A DNA stretch of 62,778 bases, the filler included, from Globobulimina sp. (Eukaryota): NCBI GenBank assembly GCA_003354225.1. It is 26 parts of 26 records of this genome, joined end to end, with 100 filler letters (N's around TTAATTAATTAA, not from the genome) between each part and the next. Parts side by side here need not be neighbours in the genome. Positions count along the whole stretch, not along the records: positions 58,047 to 60,362 come from PIVH01007432.1; positions 60,463 to 62,778 come from PIVH01007433.1; 24 more parts are not named here. One strand, given 5' to 3'. A program made the position numbers and the translations under genes. This document shows, piece by piece, positions 59,676 through 62,778 of this stretch; positions within the stretch are counted from its first letter, which is position 1, and each line of letters opens with the position of its first letter. The notes below the pieces were generated by a model, which saw nothing but the letters and a program-made list of their open reading frames with translations, was not told the origin of the DNA and ran no database searches.

Positions 59676-60462
59676 TTATTGTGATTTAATTGTATACATT
59701 GTACATGCAGTATAGGAACACAATTTTGGTGCAGTTTTGTGCTTTCAAGTCTGACATAAATGAATTAAATCTTTTTGCTAAATCACTGTGCGAGATGTCA
59801 ATTGCAAAAAAGTAGGTTTTCCTAGTTACAATAATTTATAACTTGATTACAGTTAAAGCGGTGGGTGCAATGGCACAATATCAGACAAAACCAGGTATAA
59901 AAAAATATGCAATCAATATGGCAATTAAAATTCCAAATAGCATGCCGCCACCAAATGGAACAGCAGTTAGTTTGACTGAAATGTGATTGAATTCTTTTAT
60001 TATTTCTTTCGAATAGGAATTATTTTCATTATTATTTTGATTATTATTTTTCTGTAATTTATTAGTTAATTTGGTGATTCTGGTTTGTAATTTAACCCTA
60101 TTAATTTGATCCGGTATCAAATCTTTAATCACATTATTAACTACGCTTTGAAATATACTTCTAAATACATTATCAATTTCCGATTTATATTCAATTACAA
60201 TAGATTGTATTTTATTATTGACAGCATTTGTATCATTACATTTGATTGGTTGCCATTGAAAATAAATTAAACTATGAATTATTTTGATTATAATGAGAAA
60301 TAATTTATTAAAATTAATATCCGCCGCTGTGGATAAATTATTCGATAAAATGATTACAAATTNNNNNNNNNNNNNNNNNNNNNNNNNNNNNNNNNNNNNN
60401 NNNNNNTTAATTAATTAANNNNNNNNNNNNNNNNNNNNNNNNNNNNNNNNNNNNNNNNNNNN

Positions 60463-61245
60463 CCAATCTTTTGTAATAAAAAAAACAAAGCTTCACCAAC
60501 TTTTTTCAAAGCATTTATAGTTATGTTGTTATTGTGTATGGGTCAAATCTTAGAAGTTATTTTCAAAATTTTATCGTGTCGGCAAATTAATGGTGATATC
60601 AATGTTCATTTTTATTATGCATACTCGCCCTGTTATGATATTTCATGGTTTGTTGCATTAATCGCATTATGTTTCATTGTACTTATTTTTATCATATTTT
60701 TCATAAATTTATACAAAATGGATAACACATTAAGAGCCTCTAAAGATTCATATTTAAATTCTTTAACTAAATCATATAAAAATAAGTATTGGTATTTTGA
60801 ATTTTTTATTTTATTTCGTCGAACAGTTATTGCATTATTTTCGGTTTTATCTTTTACAAATCGGCAGTATGCGGAGTTTACAATTGTTTTGTTTTTAATA
60901 TTTTGCTTGATTATAAATGAGAGAATGCAGCCATTCATTAATTATTATATCAATGTGATGGAAACTATTTGTTTGTCATTAACCATTTTAGTAATATTTA
61001 TTAAAAATCATCCGTTCTCTCAGATTATTACAAGTGTTGTTATTTTATCACCAATATTGTTATTATTTTGTTTGGTTTTCCTATTTTATCGATATCCAAA
61101 TTATAAAGCTGATGTTGCTCATCATATTGATGAGAATTCGAAACAGGTTCCTATTAATGATCATTTTACTGATTATAATCATCACAGACGTATAGAAATC
61201 AGTGGTGTAACAACAAATAACCATTATCAAACAAAGGAAATGTAA
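60463..61245 (+). CDS. C-terminal multipass TM region of a large protist membrane protein
   Basis: Several TM helices with YKNKYWYFEFFILFRR and QPF...NVME motifs. Confidence 0.7.
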   Translation, partial: PIFCNKKNKASPTFFKAFIVMLLLCMGQILEVIFKILSCRQINGDINVHFYYAYSPCYDISWFVALIALCFIVLIFIIFFINLYKMDNTLRASKDSYLNSLTKSYKNKYWYFEFFILFRRTVIALFSVLSFTNRQYAEFTIVLFLIFCLIINERMQPFINYYINVMETICLSLTILVIFIKNHPFSQIITSVVILSPILLLFCLVFLFYRYPNYKADVAHHIDENSKQVPINDHFTDYNHHRRIEISGVTTNNHYQTKEM

Positions 61246-61426
61246 TCTATCTAATATTAATTATACGTTTTTCCCTTTTTTCTTTTTTTCTTTCAACTGT
61301 ATTAATTGAGTGTTTGTTTTGAGAGTGCTGTGCTAATTAGTAATTTTATTAATTTTATAATTTTATTTGTATTTTAAATAAAAAAAAAACATTTAATTTT
61401 CTTTCAAATTCTACGTCAGTGTATAC

Positions 61427-62778
61427 ATGGGCAACACAGGAAAGATTCAGTCGAAGGAAACTGATGAACAGATAAAAGATGGTAAGATTTCTTTTTTCAT
61501 TCATTTTGAGCGACATTTCTTAAAACAAATAATGTTTAATTGAACAGACGTATATACGCAACTAAAGCAAATAGGATATAATGAAGCATTATCATTCAAA
61601 GCATACAACAAATTCCCAAATAATTTAAACAAAGCTCTTCATTGGATATCAATTCAAGAACAATATGCTAGCGCTGCCGCTGTAGATAAATCTATACCAA
61701 ATAAATCACACAATAATATGAGTAATATCAGAAATGTTAATGCATCCAAATTAAACCAAGATAATGCAACTAATGTCAGACCGCAGCGATTTGTGACACG
61801 AATGAGAGATAAATCTAACACAAGCAATAAATTTGTGACAAATTTAACACCATCATGTGATTCAACACCATCATGTCAAGCAGTACAATCTATGATGTCA
61901 GCTCTTCACTTTTATCATCAACAAAAAAATTTAAAGCAAACAAAGATAGTGACAAAAGCAGCATCATTATCAGCTGCAACAGCAGCCAGACAAAGCAAAT
62001 TAAGCAATATACCTCAAGTTGGAGATGAAATCATCCGTTCACATCAACAAAAACCAAACTTTAAGCAACATCGCGGTCAAATAGATATCAACAGCACTGA
62101 TGTGGTGAAATTGAATGATTACAGGAAGGTCTCTGGAGGATTCGCACATTATTTGCTCTCATACCCACATTGGATAAAACATTATGAACATTTACTATAT
62201 CATCATATGAATGATAATAAACAAATTCAATTGATATATAATGCGTTTATGCAAAAATATGGTATGTATTGTGATATAAAACAGTGTTGTTTTTATGATA
62301 GATACAGTCATAACAAATATGTAAATTCAAAGGATGAATCAGCAATTTATGAACAATTATTTGATGCGCTTCATTGCCATTTACTTCATTCATTGACAAA
62401 AATACATAAATTATCTGCGTTGAAAGACTTATTCTGGCAAAAATATGATATTATAAAGTTTGATGAAACTGAACAAAAAAGTGACAATATTAATGGGAAG
62501 GATTTAGTTTTGACAGAATATAGTTTTGGTCATCGATTTTATTATTGGGAGTATTACAGAGATAATGAATGGTACATCACAGAGAAATATAATACATTAA
62601 AAGCAGAAATATTGAATAATAATTGCTGTACAGTGAGTATGACGCAGTGGTTAAATAATATTAACAAAGCAAGAATAAAATGGAATGCGAGTAAACATTT
62701 AAAACTCAGTGCTGATACGAATTATTGGTTACATTATTTGATAGATGATGGCTTAGAAGTAGATTTGCAGCATATTAT
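61427..62778 (+). CDS. Putatively myristoylated UBA-domain protein (missing from the ORF track); intron 61482-61547; runs off the window
   Basis: MGNTG start; splicing gives QLKQIGYNEALSFKAYNKFPNNLNKALHWI (UBA); coding-like frame continues to YSFGHRFYYW...EKYNTLKAEILNN. Confidence 0.7.

Overview
This is not one locus. It is 26 unrelated contigs of 2321-2316 bp, sorted by length and joined by an artificial 100-nt spacer (44 N + TTAATTAATTAA + 44 N), so neighbourhood only means something within a contig. Most contigs come from an AT-rich, gene-dense protist with short (about 58-88 nt) GT-AG introns. The gene repertoire looks rhizarian/foraminiferan (inference): Rab7, PSD, DEAH helicase, PheRS-alpha, MYCBP, kinesin, polo kinase, UBR4, IFT54, IMP1, and RCC1/SAM/UBA/F-box families. 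Several contigs switch abruptly, often mid-gene, to bacterial or phage DNA, the pattern expected from whole-genome-amplification chimeras. These foreign pieces are a 2-hydroxyacyl-CoA dehydratase, a multiheme cytochrome, a LamG protein, a probable group II intron and T4-like gp45/thyX. Strongest novelty candidates: (1) a full-length AfsA/ScbA-like (gamma-butyrolactone synthase family) double-hotdog gene just upstream of an intron-containing sterol reductase; (2) an E2(UBC)-WWE-S1 fusion; (3) an RCC1 + NEURL4-type ADP-ribosyltransferase fusion; (4) a self-overlapping (circular or tandem) contig carrying an RCC1-SAM-caspase-like gene. All family calls come from recognising motifs by eye; no database searches were run.
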